Virus record (IMG/VR): IMGVR_UViG_3300039106_000621 | Location: 1 to 33,125 of that record | Source: a virus | Lineage: Duplodnaviria; Caudoviricetes | DNA: 33,125 bases | Direction: 5' to 3' (one strand) | Part shown: positions 7,986-16,493 of the stretch, one piece after another | How positions within the stretch are numbered: position 1 is the stretch's first letter | How the letters are laid out: each line of letters starts with the position of its first letter | The notes under the pieces: model-generated | Told to the model about the DNA's origin: nothing | The model's input: only the letters and a program-made list of their open reading frames with translations | Database searches by the model: none | Program-made: the position numbers and the translations under genes

Positions 7986-8590
7986 CAGAGGAGAGGTGGA
8001 GCTTGAGGTTTTAATAAATACACTTACTTATTAAAAACCCAATTGGGCGACACGCATATTGGCGTATGCGTGTCTAGGATTTAACGCAACACACTATACA
8101 CTCAAAATATAGTGTGCTTAAAACATTCAACAAAAGCCAATAGCTAAATAATCAGTTTAACTATCACTAAAAGCACTGTTTACTACCCCACTACAATCAG
8201 TTCTAATCTTCCCTATGTAGTTAGTAAATTACCGTCACCGATAATCTTAACCCGAATCGAGCGCGTAGCTAGTGCGCTTTACCGATATTAAAGGCTGCAA
8301 GGTTGCGAATTGCGGTACGCTACAAGCAATGCTTTTAGTGATAGTGATTGTCTTTCCAATCTGTCATGATAGTAATCTCAGTATTCGTTGGCGTACTTTC
8401 AGCCAATCCCAAGTCTCATATTTCTGAGCGTCTGGCCATTACAGGTGCGCTATGCGCGTACTATCAAGTCATAACAGGTGAGGACTTACACCATAGAGCG
8501 TCAGCGTCATCACGTTAATGACCGCGACCACCTTAGAGCCAGTCTGTTATGACTTGATAGTGCTTGTCTTTCCAAGCTGTCAATTAACTT
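7951..8590 (-). ncRNA. Putative highly structured non-coding RNA region
   Basis: No credible ORF; hairpins at 8007-8039, 8049-8074 and 8090-8116; perfect 16-bp and 18-bp long-range inverted repeats; duplicated 28-nt motif. Strand inferred from the flanking operon. Confidence 0.6.
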
Positions 8591-8640
8591 TTACGATGTT
8601 AATCCAATCGTCTTTTCACCACACTGAGGACACAGAGTAT

Positions 8641-9165
8641 TTAGAAATCATCTTCTTCTGATTCGTCGTCAAACGCATCAGCACTTGCGACTTTGGCATC
8701 GGAGAAGGTTTCACCATCTTTCTTGAACTGAACGCCAAGAATATTGGCAAGAATTTGTTTCCCGCCTTTAGGATGATTTGAATACCAGAAGTCAAAAATA
8801 GCATTGACATAGCATCCTGCATAAACCTTATCATCTTCTTCGGTAATTGGAGCGCGATCCTTATCAAAAACTGGGATACGTTTGTTTGATGAACCTTTAA
8901 GCGCCATCATGTTTTCATAGCCATCATAGTCTTTAGTGTCACCGTCTTGGAAACAAGTGATTTTTAAACCTTTGGGCGCACCATCTTTAAATGTTTGAGC
9001 AATGAATTTATCAATTGCTGCTTGGGTAATTTTGTGATTTTTACTACCTTTTTCCATTAGGACGGTAGCTTCAAATTTTGTTTCTACGTTTTCAAATACT
9101 GCTTTTTTAAAAAGCGCTGGAAATGATAAACGAACTTCGCCTAATTTAATTTGTGTTTCTGACAT
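8641..9165 (-). CDS. DUF2815-family ssDNA-binding protein (T7 gp2.5-like fold)
   Basis: VRLSFPALF, DGD.K, VYAGCYVNA, LGVQF.KDGE.F and acidic tail ending in Phe (FDDESEEDDF). Confidence 0.88.
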   Translation of the reverse strand: MSETQIKLGEVRLSFPALFKKAVFENVETKFEATVLMEKGSKNHKITQAAIDKFIAQTFKDGAPKGLKITCFQDGDTKDYDGYENMMALKGSSNKRIPVFDKDRAPITEEDDKVYAGCYVNAIFDFWYSNHPKGGKQILANILGVQFKKDGETFSDAKVASADAFDDESEEDDF

Positions 9166-9287
9166 TTTAGCCTTCTTGCTTTTAGCATTATGGTTTTGGG
9201 ATTAGGTGAGGATGGGTTATTGATAAATCGCCAATTAAGTGATTTCCCATCCTCGTTTTAACTTAACCGGAGAGATAAGTTGAGTTA

Positions 9288-9316
9288 AGTTTAGATTGAT
9301 TTATTACATCTGTCAA
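9288..9316 (-). promoter_or_regulatory. Sigma70-type promoter upstream of the ssb gene
   Basis: TTGACA (9316-9311), 17 nt, TAAACT (9293-9288). Confidence 0.7.
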
Positions 9317-10458
9317 TCGTCAAAATCAGAAAAATCATTTGCAGAAACTGACAACGATTTTCTGGGGTCACTTTCTGGCACAACGGTTGGTTTGCCCGAT
9401 TTTTTAACTATCAGATTTTCAAAGTCTTTTATGTTTTTCTTACCTACTAACTTTTCAAATTTAGCCACTGAAATAAAACTACGCTCAAACAATTCTTCCT
9501 CAGTGTGTGCGTCAGAGAGTGCAATAACGGCTTCTTCTTCACTACCCCAATCGCGTGAACTGCGACCTTCAACAAGTTTATAACCGGTAAAGCTATTGCC
9601 CGATTCTAAGCGCTCTCTAACGTGTTCTTCAATAGCACTCAGCCATGATTTAATCAGTATTGCGCTACTCAGTGCAAGGTTAAGCTCTGCGTCGGATAAC
9701 CGGTTTACGCTGGGCAGCTCGTCGAAAAAACCAAATTCATTTTGTATGGCATTCTCTGTGTAGCGCATAAGCTCTGGACATCGTGACTTGTGCTTACACC
9801 ATTGGCATTGCTTCTCACCTGCTGTGAGTGGTGCATTATCCTGCATAGCCAGCTCTGCTCGCTCTTTAACCCACTCACCAAATGCTAGTAACTCGTCGAT
9901 ACTTATTGTCAATTCATCAATATGGTCTAGTCGCGGCTGATAGATAATCATTGTGACGGTCTTGATATCTTCGAGCATACCGAACTCGCTATAGACTCCT
10001 AGCGCGTAGATTTTGGTTTGCGTGGTATCAGCATAGACCTTTACGCCTTTACCGTACTTCAAGTCGATAATTGTTACGTTATCGTCATTGAGGATGATGC
10101 AATCGGCTGTACCAAAACCGTCTTGAGCGTACTCGCTGTAGTCGAGTTTTTGCTCGTAGATTTTATGCCCTTTGTGTTCTGCAATGAAGTCCATGTAATC
10201 ATTTACATGATGACACATGGCTTTATCTACTGTTATCCAGTTTGTTTCCGGTAGTTGCTTACCTTCAAAATCGAATGGATTAATATCGCCTTTCAAGCAT
10301 ATCTCTGCAAGCTCATGCGCGGCTGTACCTTCGTCTGCAAATGCGCTACGGGATTCCTTATAAGGCTTTTGCGCTGCGACGCTACCGGAGCAATATAGCC
10401 AAGTAGCACTACCACTTGCGCTCAGTAAAGAGTGTTTAGGCGCTTCTTCATTAGACAT
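9313..10458 (-). CDS. DUF2800-family PD-(D/E)xK (Cas4-like) exonuclease
   Basis: HSLLSASG...W..C.GS, EGTAAHE, FGTADC, IIDLKYGKG, Q..IYALG, QPR, CQWCKHKSRC; start revised to ATG 10458 (GGAG SD). Confidence 0.88.
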   Translation of the reverse strand: MSNEEAPKHSLLSASGSATWLYCSGSVAAQKPYKESRSAFADEGTAAHELAEICLKGDINPFDFEGKQLPETNWITVDKAMCHHVNDYMDFIAEHKGHKIYEQKLDYSEYAQDGFGTADCIILNDDNVTIIDLKYGKGVKVYADTTQTKIYALGVYSEFGMLEDIKTVTMIIYQPRLDHIDELTISIDELLAFGEWVKERAELAMQDNAPLTAGEKQCQWCKHKSRCPELMRYTENAIQNEFGFFDELPSVNRLSDAELNLALSSAILIKSWLSAIEEHVRERLESGNSFTGYKLVEGRSSRDWGSEEEAVIALSDAHTEEELFERSFISVAKFEKLVGKKNIKDFENLIVKKSGKPTVVPESDPRKSLSVSANDFSDFDD

Positions 10459-11149
10459 TGAAGCTCTCCAAGAAGTTATAAAATTCAGCATAGTGTTTAG
10501 GCGCAAGAGTCATTGTGCTAGATGCGTCAAGTTCAGTTAACTTATCCACAATTTGCTCTTTTGAAATAGCATTACGTTGACGCAGTTCAAGCGCTATTTC
10601 TTTTAATAGCTTTGATGTTAAAAGAAGTTCGGGTTCTTTTACTTCTTCAACAGGTTCTTCAGCGAGTTCTTCCACTTCTACTTCTACAGGCTTTTCTTTT
10701 TTCTTTACTGCTTTAGGTTTTACTTGTTCGGTTACTTCTTTGGCTACTTGTTCGGCTAGTTGTTCAATGGCTGTTTTCTTAGCGCTAGATGATCCTGCTC
10801 TACCTTCATCCCTATCTACTTTCATCGCTTTGTTCATTGCTTCGTGATGCTCAATATCAGTGATGATTTCAACAGTTTCTTTATTATCCTCAATAATTGT
10901 AGGTGCTAAAGTTTCATCAAGCGTTTTGACAACATCCTCAAGTCTGTATTTAAACGCAGTTGATTGCTTAGTTAGCTTTTCGTGAATACCTTTACTGATA
11001 CCTGCTTTGATAATTTCATCCGTTTGCACTAAGCGCTCTGCTATTTCATGCAATAACTCATAGCTAAACTGAGTGTTTGTGCCATGTATTAATGAGAGTG
11101 AAATGAATTCACCAAGTTGGGTGTTTGTGAGTATTGTTAAATCATTCAT
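10451..11149 (-). CDS. Hypothetical protein with Glu/Lys/Pro-rich linker (232 aa)
   Basis: ATG 11149 with GAGG SD; position directly upstream of the DUF2800 gene, typical of this module. Confidence 0.7.
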   Translation of the reverse strand: MNDLTILTNTQLGEFISLSLIHGTNTQFSYELLHEIAERLVQTDEIIKAGISKGIHEKLTKQSTAFKYRLEDVVKTLDETLAPTIIEDNKETVEIITDIEHHEAMNKAMKVDRDEGRAGSSSAKKTAIEQLAEQVAKEVTEQVKPKAVKKKEKPVEVEVEELAEEPVEEVKEPELLLTSKLLKEIALELRQRNAISKEQIVDKLTELDASSTMTLAPKHYAEFYNFLESFNV

Positions 11150-11184
11150 TGTGTTTTTCCTCTGTTGTTGTAAAATGAGAGTCA

Positions 11185-11213
11185 ATCTTAACTTAACTCA
11201 CAAAGAGATGCAA
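11185..11213 (-). promoter_or_regulatory. Sigma70-type leftward promoter overlapping the start of the Cro-like gene
   Basis: TTGCAT (11213-11208), 17 nt, TAAGAT (11190-11185). Confidence 0.55.
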
Positions 11214-11432
11214 ATGGAAAATGAAGAATTTTATGACGGTGTGACCGTTGATGATGTGGTGCAGTGGTTTGGTGGTGAGCAGGTTGTGTTAGCAAAGAAG
11301 TTAGGTGTGACTAAAGCAGCAGTGTCGTATTGGGTAACTGAAGGAAAGATACCGGCAAACAGGGCGATACAGGTTGAGCAATTAACCGATGGGGCAATTA
11401 AGGCAGTTGATTTACCAATAATTAAAAGATAA
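11214..11432 (+). CDS. Cro/YdaS-like HTH transcriptional regulator
   Basis: FGGEQVVLAKKLGVTKAAVSYW..GKIP..RA.Q.E.LT.G; start at ATG 11208 or 11214. Confidence 0.85.
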   Translation: MENEEFYDGVTVDDVVQWFGGEQVVLAKKLGVTKAAVSYWVTEGKIPANRAIQVEQLTDGAIKAVDLPIIKR

Positions 11433-11444
11433 CGAGGATTGTTT

Positions 11445-13955
11445 ATGGTGGAGTCTACTAAAACGTACCGCATCAGTCGCGGGGATAAGAACAGCGCTGT
11501 CTGTCGCAATGTGGAGGTGACATGGGAGCGAATTTGTACGGTACTCGGTAAACACAAAGTTGCAAAGACCAAAGAGCAGGAAGGATGGTTTTGTGGCGGT
11601 GGGTTCAGTAATGGGTATCGCAACACGGAGAACCTGCTCGGACGTTCACTTTTAACCATTGACGTTGATGAATGCGCAATGACTAAAGGAGAGATTGAGT
11701 TTGAGCTGGAGATGACCGGCTTTGCGCTCGTTGCGTACTCAACATGGCGTAGTACAGATGACGCTAATCGCTTTCGTATAGTGTTACCACTGTCACGGGA
11801 GGTCAGCGCGGAGGAGTATGTTACCGTGATGCACTGGTTCGCGTCGGAGTTTAGCAGTTTTATTATTGATGACAGTGCTTTTAAGCCTGCTCAGTTTATG
11901 TATATGCCAAGTGTTAGCGCTGGTTCGATTGAGTCGTCTTTTGTGATGGTGATGGAAGGCAGTGAGGTTGATGTGGATGTAGCGCTTGCCTTTCCTGTTG
12001 AAAAGCGGGTGCAGGGAACTGTCAAGGATTACTTGACAACTGAATTTGATGTAGATGATACGGATGATGACGCGGATGATATGCAGGGACTCTCGCTTGC
12101 ACTCGCGCATGAGCCGATTGATGTCAGTGATGCACTGGTTGAAGCCAATCTCGATGCACTGGTTGAAGCGGCAGGCGATTACTCGACGTGGATTACCGTC
12201 GGGCAAGCATTGCATCATCAATATCGCGGATCGGATGATGGGAAGTTGCTCTGGCTACATTGGTCAGCTAACTCGGATAAGTTCAACGCGGCAGATATTG
12301 ACCGCAAATGGCAATCATTCAAGACGGAAAAGAAAGTGCGCCCGTTGACGTTTGCCACAGTGATTAAGATGGTGAAGGACAGCGGAGTAAGTGTTGGGGA
12401 GATTGTCGAACGGCAGGTTAAAGAATTGCTTATTACCGGATCAGAAGGTCTGTCGGTTGATAATGACAGGGCGTATGAGGATGTGCGCAATAAGTTGCGT
12501 AAATTACCACTCAGCGCTGTGACATTAACCAAGCGTCAGCAAATCGCACAGGACATTTATGATCGATGGGGTAAAGGTGAGGGGATGACGAAGTCGGCTA
12601 TTGTTCGTGAGCTTTGCCCACCGAAGAAGGGCGGACTGATTGTTGAGGAGATGCCGTCGTGGTTGAACAACTGGGTTTATGTGCAACGTCCGATGGAGTT
12701 CCATAACTTGAAGCACGGCTACTCTATCAAGCGCGAAGCCTTCAACGCGGAGTTTGATCGCATGGATGAGTGTGTCGCTGCGGAAAGGTCAGCATCGTCG
12801 ATGGCGCTCGTTGATTGGAAACTCGACACGGTAATCGATACCATGTACTGGGCGAGTAAGAACGATGGGATTTTCGTTAATGATAACGATGGACTGCGAT
12901 ATGTGAACTCGTATAAGAAGCGCGGAGTTTTACCATGTGAAGTGATGGACGACGATGGGTTGCGTGTTGTGGATATGATGCTCAAGCACTTGGAATTCAC
13001 GCTGGTTGAACCTAAAGAAAGGGCGATACTGCTGGACTGGATGTGCCATGTTGTGCAAAACATTGGCAGTAAAGTGAATTGGGCGGTACTTTTGCAGGGT
13101 ACGCAAGGTGGCGGTAAAACCTACTTTACTCGCATTTTGCAGGGGATACTTGGGTCGAATGCCACGCAGCTCGATCCGAAGCAATTTACGAAGGGGACGT
13201 TTTCGGGATGGGCGTATGGTTCGGTATTGAATATCGTTGAGGAGATACGGCTATCGGGCGATAACAGATGGTCGATTATCGATACAATGAAGCCATACAT
13301 TACAAACGAAACGATACAGATTGAAGAAAAATTTTCTAACTCTAGGACTGTTCCGAATTTCACGTCGTATTTTCTTTTAACCAATTATCAAGATGCACTA
13401 CCAATTACCAATGGTGATAGACGTTATTGCGTTTTGTATAGTCGCTGTCAGTCGGAGGAACATTTGTTTGCACTGCTCGGTGGTGAGCAGGAAACCAACC
13501 GGTATTTTGAGAAACTGTTTTCAGAAACAGACCGTCGCATGGATGCACTTTGCCACTACTTTATGAATCGGGTGATAAGTGGGGATTTTTCAGCGAAAGG
13601 TCGAGCGCCTAAAACCTTGTCGCGTGAAAAGATGATTGGGTATTCTGTGTCACATGAATTTGAAGAAGTGAAAGATTTGATTGCGCATTACCACTGTGAG
13701 GTCATTAACGAAAACATAGTCGATATCACACTACTTGGTAAACTTAATTTTGAAGAGTTTGAGCCTTCAGTTTTAAAACTTCCAAAAACGTCGGCATTGA
13801 CTCGGATACTTTTACAGATTGGCTACGAGAAAGTTCACAAAAGAATCGATGTACCGACAAGCGATGGAGGGCGAAAAAAACACACGATTTGGCGACGTAG
13901 CACTCTGGACGAGAATGAAGTTATCAAGAAAGTCCGCGAGCATTACGGAATTTAA
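11445..13955 (+). CDS. Primase-helicase (AEP-like primase, PriCT-2, C-terminal SF3/DUF5906-like NTPase)
   Basis: LLTIDVDE, YSTWRS, RFRIVLPL; DYSTWITVGQALH..W..WS..S.KF (PriCT-2); GTQGGGKT Walker A, IVEEI, LTNY..A, DRRY. Confidence 0.88.
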   Translation: MVESTKTYRISRGDKNSAVCRNVEVTWERICTVLGKHKVAKTKEQEGWFCGGGFSNGYRNTENLLGRSLLTIDVDECAMTKGEIEFELEMTGFALVAYSTWRSTDDANRFRIVLPLSREVSAEEYVTVMHWFASEFSSFIIDDSAFKPAQFMYMPSVSAGSIESSFVMVMEGSEVDVDVALAFPVEKRVQGTVKDYLTTEFDVDDTDDDADDMQGLSLALAHEPIDVSDALVEANLDALVEAAGDYSTWITVGQALHHQYRGSDDGKLLWLHWSANSDKFNAADIDRKWQSFKTEKKVRPLTFATVIKMVKDSGVSVGEIVERQVKELLITGSEGLSVDNDRAYEDVRNKLRKLPLSAVTLTKRQQIAQDIYDRWGKGEGMTKSAIVRELCPPKKGGLIVEEMPSWLNNWVYVQRPMEFHNLKHGYSIKREAFNAEFDRMDECVAAERSASSMALVDWKLDTVIDTMYWASKNDGIFVNDNDGLRYVNSYKKRGVLPCEVMDDDGLRVVDMMLKHLEFTLVEPKERAILLDWMCHVVQNIGSKVNWAVLLQGTQGGGKTYFTRILQGILGSNATQLDPKQFTKGTFSGWAYGSVLNIVEEIRLSGDNRWSIIDTMKPYITNETIQIEEKFSNSRTVPNFTSYFLLTNYQDALPITNGDRRYCVLYSRCQSEEHLFALLGGEQETNRYFEKLFSETDRRMDALCHYFMNRVISGDFSAKGRAPKTLSREKMIGYSVSHEFEEVKDLIAHYHCEVINENIVDITLLGKLNFEEFEPSVLKLPKTSALTRILLQIGYEKVHKRIDVPTSDGGRKKHTIWRRSTLDENEVIKKVREHYGI

Positions 13956-13962
13956 AATTTTA

Positions 13963-14219
13963 ACTATGTCGCAGAGAAAAAACGCTAAATTTTCTTTGCG
14001 ACATAGTTACTATGGATTTGCGACATAGTTTGAAAATCACTATGTCGCACCTTCAAACCCTTATAAATACTACATTCTTATACTCTCTGCGACATAGTAG
14101 ACATAGTTTTAGTAATAATTGGTATAGAGATTAATTAATAGAAATATAGCCTTTTTTGTATTGATTTATAATATATATATAAATGGGAAAAACTATGTCC
14201 ACTATGTCGCTATGTCGCA
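13963..14219. repeat. Putative replication origin: ACTATGTCGCA iterons in both orientations around an AT-rich core
   Basis: Copies at 13963, 14039, 14201 and 14210 (forward) and 13997, 14019 and 14088 (reverse); partial copies near 14100 and 14192; AT-rich 14105-14190; directly after the primase gene. Confidence 0.75.
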
Positions 14220-14222
14220 GAC

Positions 14223-14247
14223 AAAAAAAGCCGGTAATTAACCGGCT
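14223..14247 (-). terminator. Intrinsic terminator for the leftward early genes
   Basis: AGCCGGT-AATTA-ACCGGCT with A7 on the left, just after the stop at 14254. Confidence 0.7.
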
Positions 14248-14253
14248 AATATT

Positions 14254-14661
14254 TTATTCTGATTCGAGTCCATGGTTTCGTGGATCATATTGCCTATGTC
14301 CAGCACGACCACCACACCCTTCGCATTGAACAAAAACGTCTAAGACTTTACCATCTTCATCGACGTATGTTTTTGCACCGTCCATGGGATTGAGTGGCGC
14401 TGTCATATCGCAACCGCAATCTAAACATTTGTCGTAAGGCAGTGAACGATACTTTTTAAACTCCATCATCGTCCGAATTGCTAAACTCACAAAAGCCGAT
14501 TTTGATTTAAGTCCAGCGGCTTCGAGAAAATCAATTAAATCTCCCTGTATTGATAATTGATAATGTCTTGATTTTTTACGCGGATCAATTTTAGGTCTAC
14601 CGCGTGAAACTTTTAAGGCTTTAGGAACTTTTACTTTCATTGCCTTTTTAGCGAACAGCAT
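14254..14661 (-). CDS. Putative DNA-binding protein: AT-hook, RHH-like segment and Zn ribbon
   Basis: RGRPK, HYQLSI..DLIDFL....KSKSAFVSLAI, CLDC...CEGC; start uncertain (14661 or 14640). Confidence 0.65.
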   Translation of the reverse strand: MLFAKKAMKVKVPKALKVSRGRPKIDPRKKSRHYQLSIQGDLIDFLEAAGLKSKSAFVSLAIRTMMEFKKYRSLPYDKCLDCGCDMTAPLNPMDGAKTYVDEDGKVLDVFVQCEGCGGRAGHRQYDPRNHGLESE

Positions 14662-14809
14662 TTTTAATTTCCCCATATTCTGCTTCGAGTGATTTCCATG
14701 CGGTAACGTATTCTTTGTATGCTTGGAACAAGTGAACGTCCTCCATGTGAAGCATTTGGATATATTCACTTGGTAGCGATTGGATATATTGTTTAAAGGT
14801 CATCATCAT
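14648..14809 (-). CDS. Hypothetical protein (53 aa)
   Basis: Read manually: MMMTFKQYIQSLPSEYIQMLHMEDVHLFQAYKEY...; CCGGAGA SD. Confidence 0.6.
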   Translation of the reverse strand: MMMTFKQYIQSLPSEYIQMLHMEDVHLFQAYKEYVTAWKSLEAEYGEIKNAVR

Positions 14810-14812
14810 GGT

Positions 14813-15055
14813 TTATTCTCCGGTGTAAATATAAATGCGTTGTTTGTCGTTATAAATTGGCAACCCTTTGCGGTCATAATGGCGCACAATTTTAAAACCA
14901 ATCTTTTTACCATCTGCCGTAAAGTAGTCTGTTTTTGAACCGTGTACCTTATTCCATTCGCCAATCGATAAAATCATTCGGCTACGTAGGTTTGGAAAGG
15001 AAGCACGGCATTTTTCTGCAAAATCATGATTAGTATCAAGTTTGAATGATGACAT
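14813..15055 (-). CDS. Hypothetical protein (80 aa)
   Basis: ATG 15055 with GGGGAG SD. Confidence 0.65.
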   Translation of the reverse strand: MSSFKLDTNHDFAEKCRASFPNLRSRMILSIGEWNKVHGSKTDYFTADGKKIGFKIVRHYDRKGLPIYNDKQRIYIYTGE

Positions 15056-15057
15056 GG

Positions 15058-15153
15058 TTATTCTCCCCAAAGTACGATTAATTCAGCAACAAACACAACA
15101 GTAAAAATTGTTGTAAGGATTGAGCCAACTACTACGTCATAAAATGTATTCAT
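15058..15153 (-). CDS. Small membrane peptide (31 aa)
   Basis: Read manually: MNTFYDVVVGSILTTIFTVVFVAELIVLWGE; CCGGAGA SD. Confidence 0.55.
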   Translation of the reverse strand: MNTFYDVVVGSILTTIFTVVFVAELIVLWGE

Positions 15154-15225
15154 GTTATATCTCCGGTTTAGTTAGTGTAATAGCACACTGCATAACGGCT
15201 TAAAGATAAGCCGTTACACGCTGAA

Positions 15226-15387
15226 CTATTCCCAGTCGTTATATTCTTCTAGCACGTCAACTACACGCCCGCTAACGTCAATTAATGCGCTGTTAGCGTC
15301 GTAGATTTGCGCGTGCACCATGTCGCCAATATCTTTTCGTGTTGTCATTGGTGCGACGGTATCGTTATCTAGTAATAATGTAATCAT
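15226..15387 (-). CDS. Hypothetical protein (53 aa)
   Basis: Read manually: MITLLLDNDTVAPMTTRKDIGDMVHAQIYDANSALIDVSGRVVDVLEE...; GGAG SD. Confidence 0.6.
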   Translation of the reverse strand: MITLLLDNDTVAPMTTRKDIGDMVHAQIYDANSALIDVSGRVVDVLEEYNDWE

Positions 15388-15401
15388 GTTTGCTTCTCCA
15401 G

Positions 15402-15644
15402 TTAAATATAATCAAGTTCTTTTGCAATGCGTTTCAGTGCAGTTTCAATGTGGTTATCATCAAGATACTGATAAAGAAAATCAGTAGCGGTAAAATGTAA
15501 TTTCGCAGCTTTGAACAATCCCCATATAAAAAACTTTTCTTTGTTCTTTCCAAGGTCGTTTGCTTTGAATGCTAGCATTTGATCGCGTGGCAATGCTTTA
15601 ATAGCGTCTTTCATCATGTTGTAATGCGCTAATTTCATTTTCAT
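15402..15644 (-). CDS. Phage hypothetical protein (80 aa)
   Basis: ORF track; GGGAG SD; LY.YL.D.HI.TAL..I motif recurs in phage early proteins. Confidence 0.7.
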   Translation of the reverse strand: MKMKLAHYNMMKDAIKALPRDQMLAFKANDLGKNKEKFFIWGLFKAAKLHFTATDFLYQYLDDNHIETALKRIAKELDYI

Positions 15645-15874
15645 GCTTGCAATCTCCCTGCTTTATACGCTCTTACATACTTTTTCATTACGTCAAGTGA
15701 TTTGCTGTACATCATCAAGCCACACGGAAAACACACAGATAGTATTTCAGTGTCGTTATAATGCGCACCACAAATATACTCCCCCTTGTAAAAAATTGAC
15801 CATGAGCAACAAATTAATGTGGAATTCCAGCGTTGTGCTGCTAAATTGTTTTGATACGTTCTATTTGCTATCAT
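15641..15874 (-). CDS. Hypothetical protein (77 aa)
   Basis: Start revised to ATG 15874 after CCGGAGA. Confidence 0.6.
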   Translation of the reverse strand: MIANRTYQNNLAAQRWNSTLICCSWSIFYKGEYICGAHYNDTEILSVCFPCGLMMYSKSLDVMKKYVRAYKAGRLQA

Positions 15875-15887
15875 TTTATATCTCCGG

Positions 15888-16493
15888 TTACTTTGCAATT
15901 TCGTTAATGAAAACCACGTCATTGTGGCTATAGCATAAACGGCAGTCATTGCAGGATTGACTGCAATTAATAGCGATAGAAGGTTTTAAATCTGATTTTT
16001 TATGCGCTGTGAAAACTTTATCGTACCCAGTAGGCAATTTTTCAACTTTGTTTTTCTTTGTGCTGCTGTGGATCAAAATCACGTTAGCCGGTTTGCTAAC
16101 CATTTTTAAAACTTTTTTAATCAAGTCTTTGCGTTTAGTCCAGAATCCAAAAACGGTCTCGGGGTTTTTTCTTGCAATGTTGAAGTAATTTAAAACGTGA
16201 ATTTCATTATGAACTTCTCCGTAGCTATCAAAACGCGCGACAGCAAAATTTAAACGCGGTAATTCAGATTCTAAAAGAATCCGTTTGTACAAATCGGCAT
16301 TGCGTTCTAATGCTGGTGATAAACTAGGATACATTTGCTCGTTACGCGCTGCGTAGCAAGATGAACAAATAATAGTTTTGTCGTTCTTTTCTCGCATTTT
16401 GTTGCAGAATGGATTTAATAAAGTACTAGTATTGATAGAAGGAATAAATTCCATTTTACCGCTACCTGTCGTTATGTGAAGTTTGAATTTCAT
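15888..16493 (-). CDS. GP88-like Cys-cluster protein (radical-SAM-related)
   Basis: C...ICSSCYA, RFDSYGE, NPET.F..WTKR, C-terminal CSQSCNDCRLCY; start revised to ATG 16493 after CCGGAGA. Confidence 0.65.
   Translation of the reverse strand: MKFKLHITTGSGKMEFIPSINTSTLLNPFCNKMREKNDKTIICSSCYAARNEQMYPSLSPALERNADLYKRILLESELPRLNFAVARFDSYGEVHNEIHVLNYFNIARKNPETVFGFWTKRKDLIKKVLKMVSKPANVILIHSSTKKNKVEKLPTGYDKVFTAHKKSDLKPSIAINCSQSCNDCRLCYSHNDVVFINEIAK

Noticed and set aside
8478-8543. Possible tRNA (T-loop-like GGTGTAAGTCC on the minus strand)
   Set aside because: No canonical TTC loop, D arm or acceptor stem could be built; tRNAscan-SE or ARAGORN would settle it.
8339-8582. CRISPR mini-array next to the Cas4-like gene
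   Set aside because: Only two repeat copies, about 190 nt apart with structured interiors; DUF2800 is a normal phage recombination nuclease and there are no cas genes.
8554-8583. TTGACA in the repeated motif as a sigma70 promoter
   Set aside because: The candidate -10 (TATCAA or TATCAC) lacks the final T, and the compensatory change favours an RNA structure; not fully excluded.
8616-8867. Alternate-frame 83-aa ORF over the ssb 3' half
   Set aside because: No recognisable motif or RBS, unlike the HNH overlap; likely chance.
11793-13384. Several antisense and alternate-frame ORFs over the primase gene
   Set aside because: No motifs or RBS; they are shadows of a comparatively GC-richer, strongly supported coding region.
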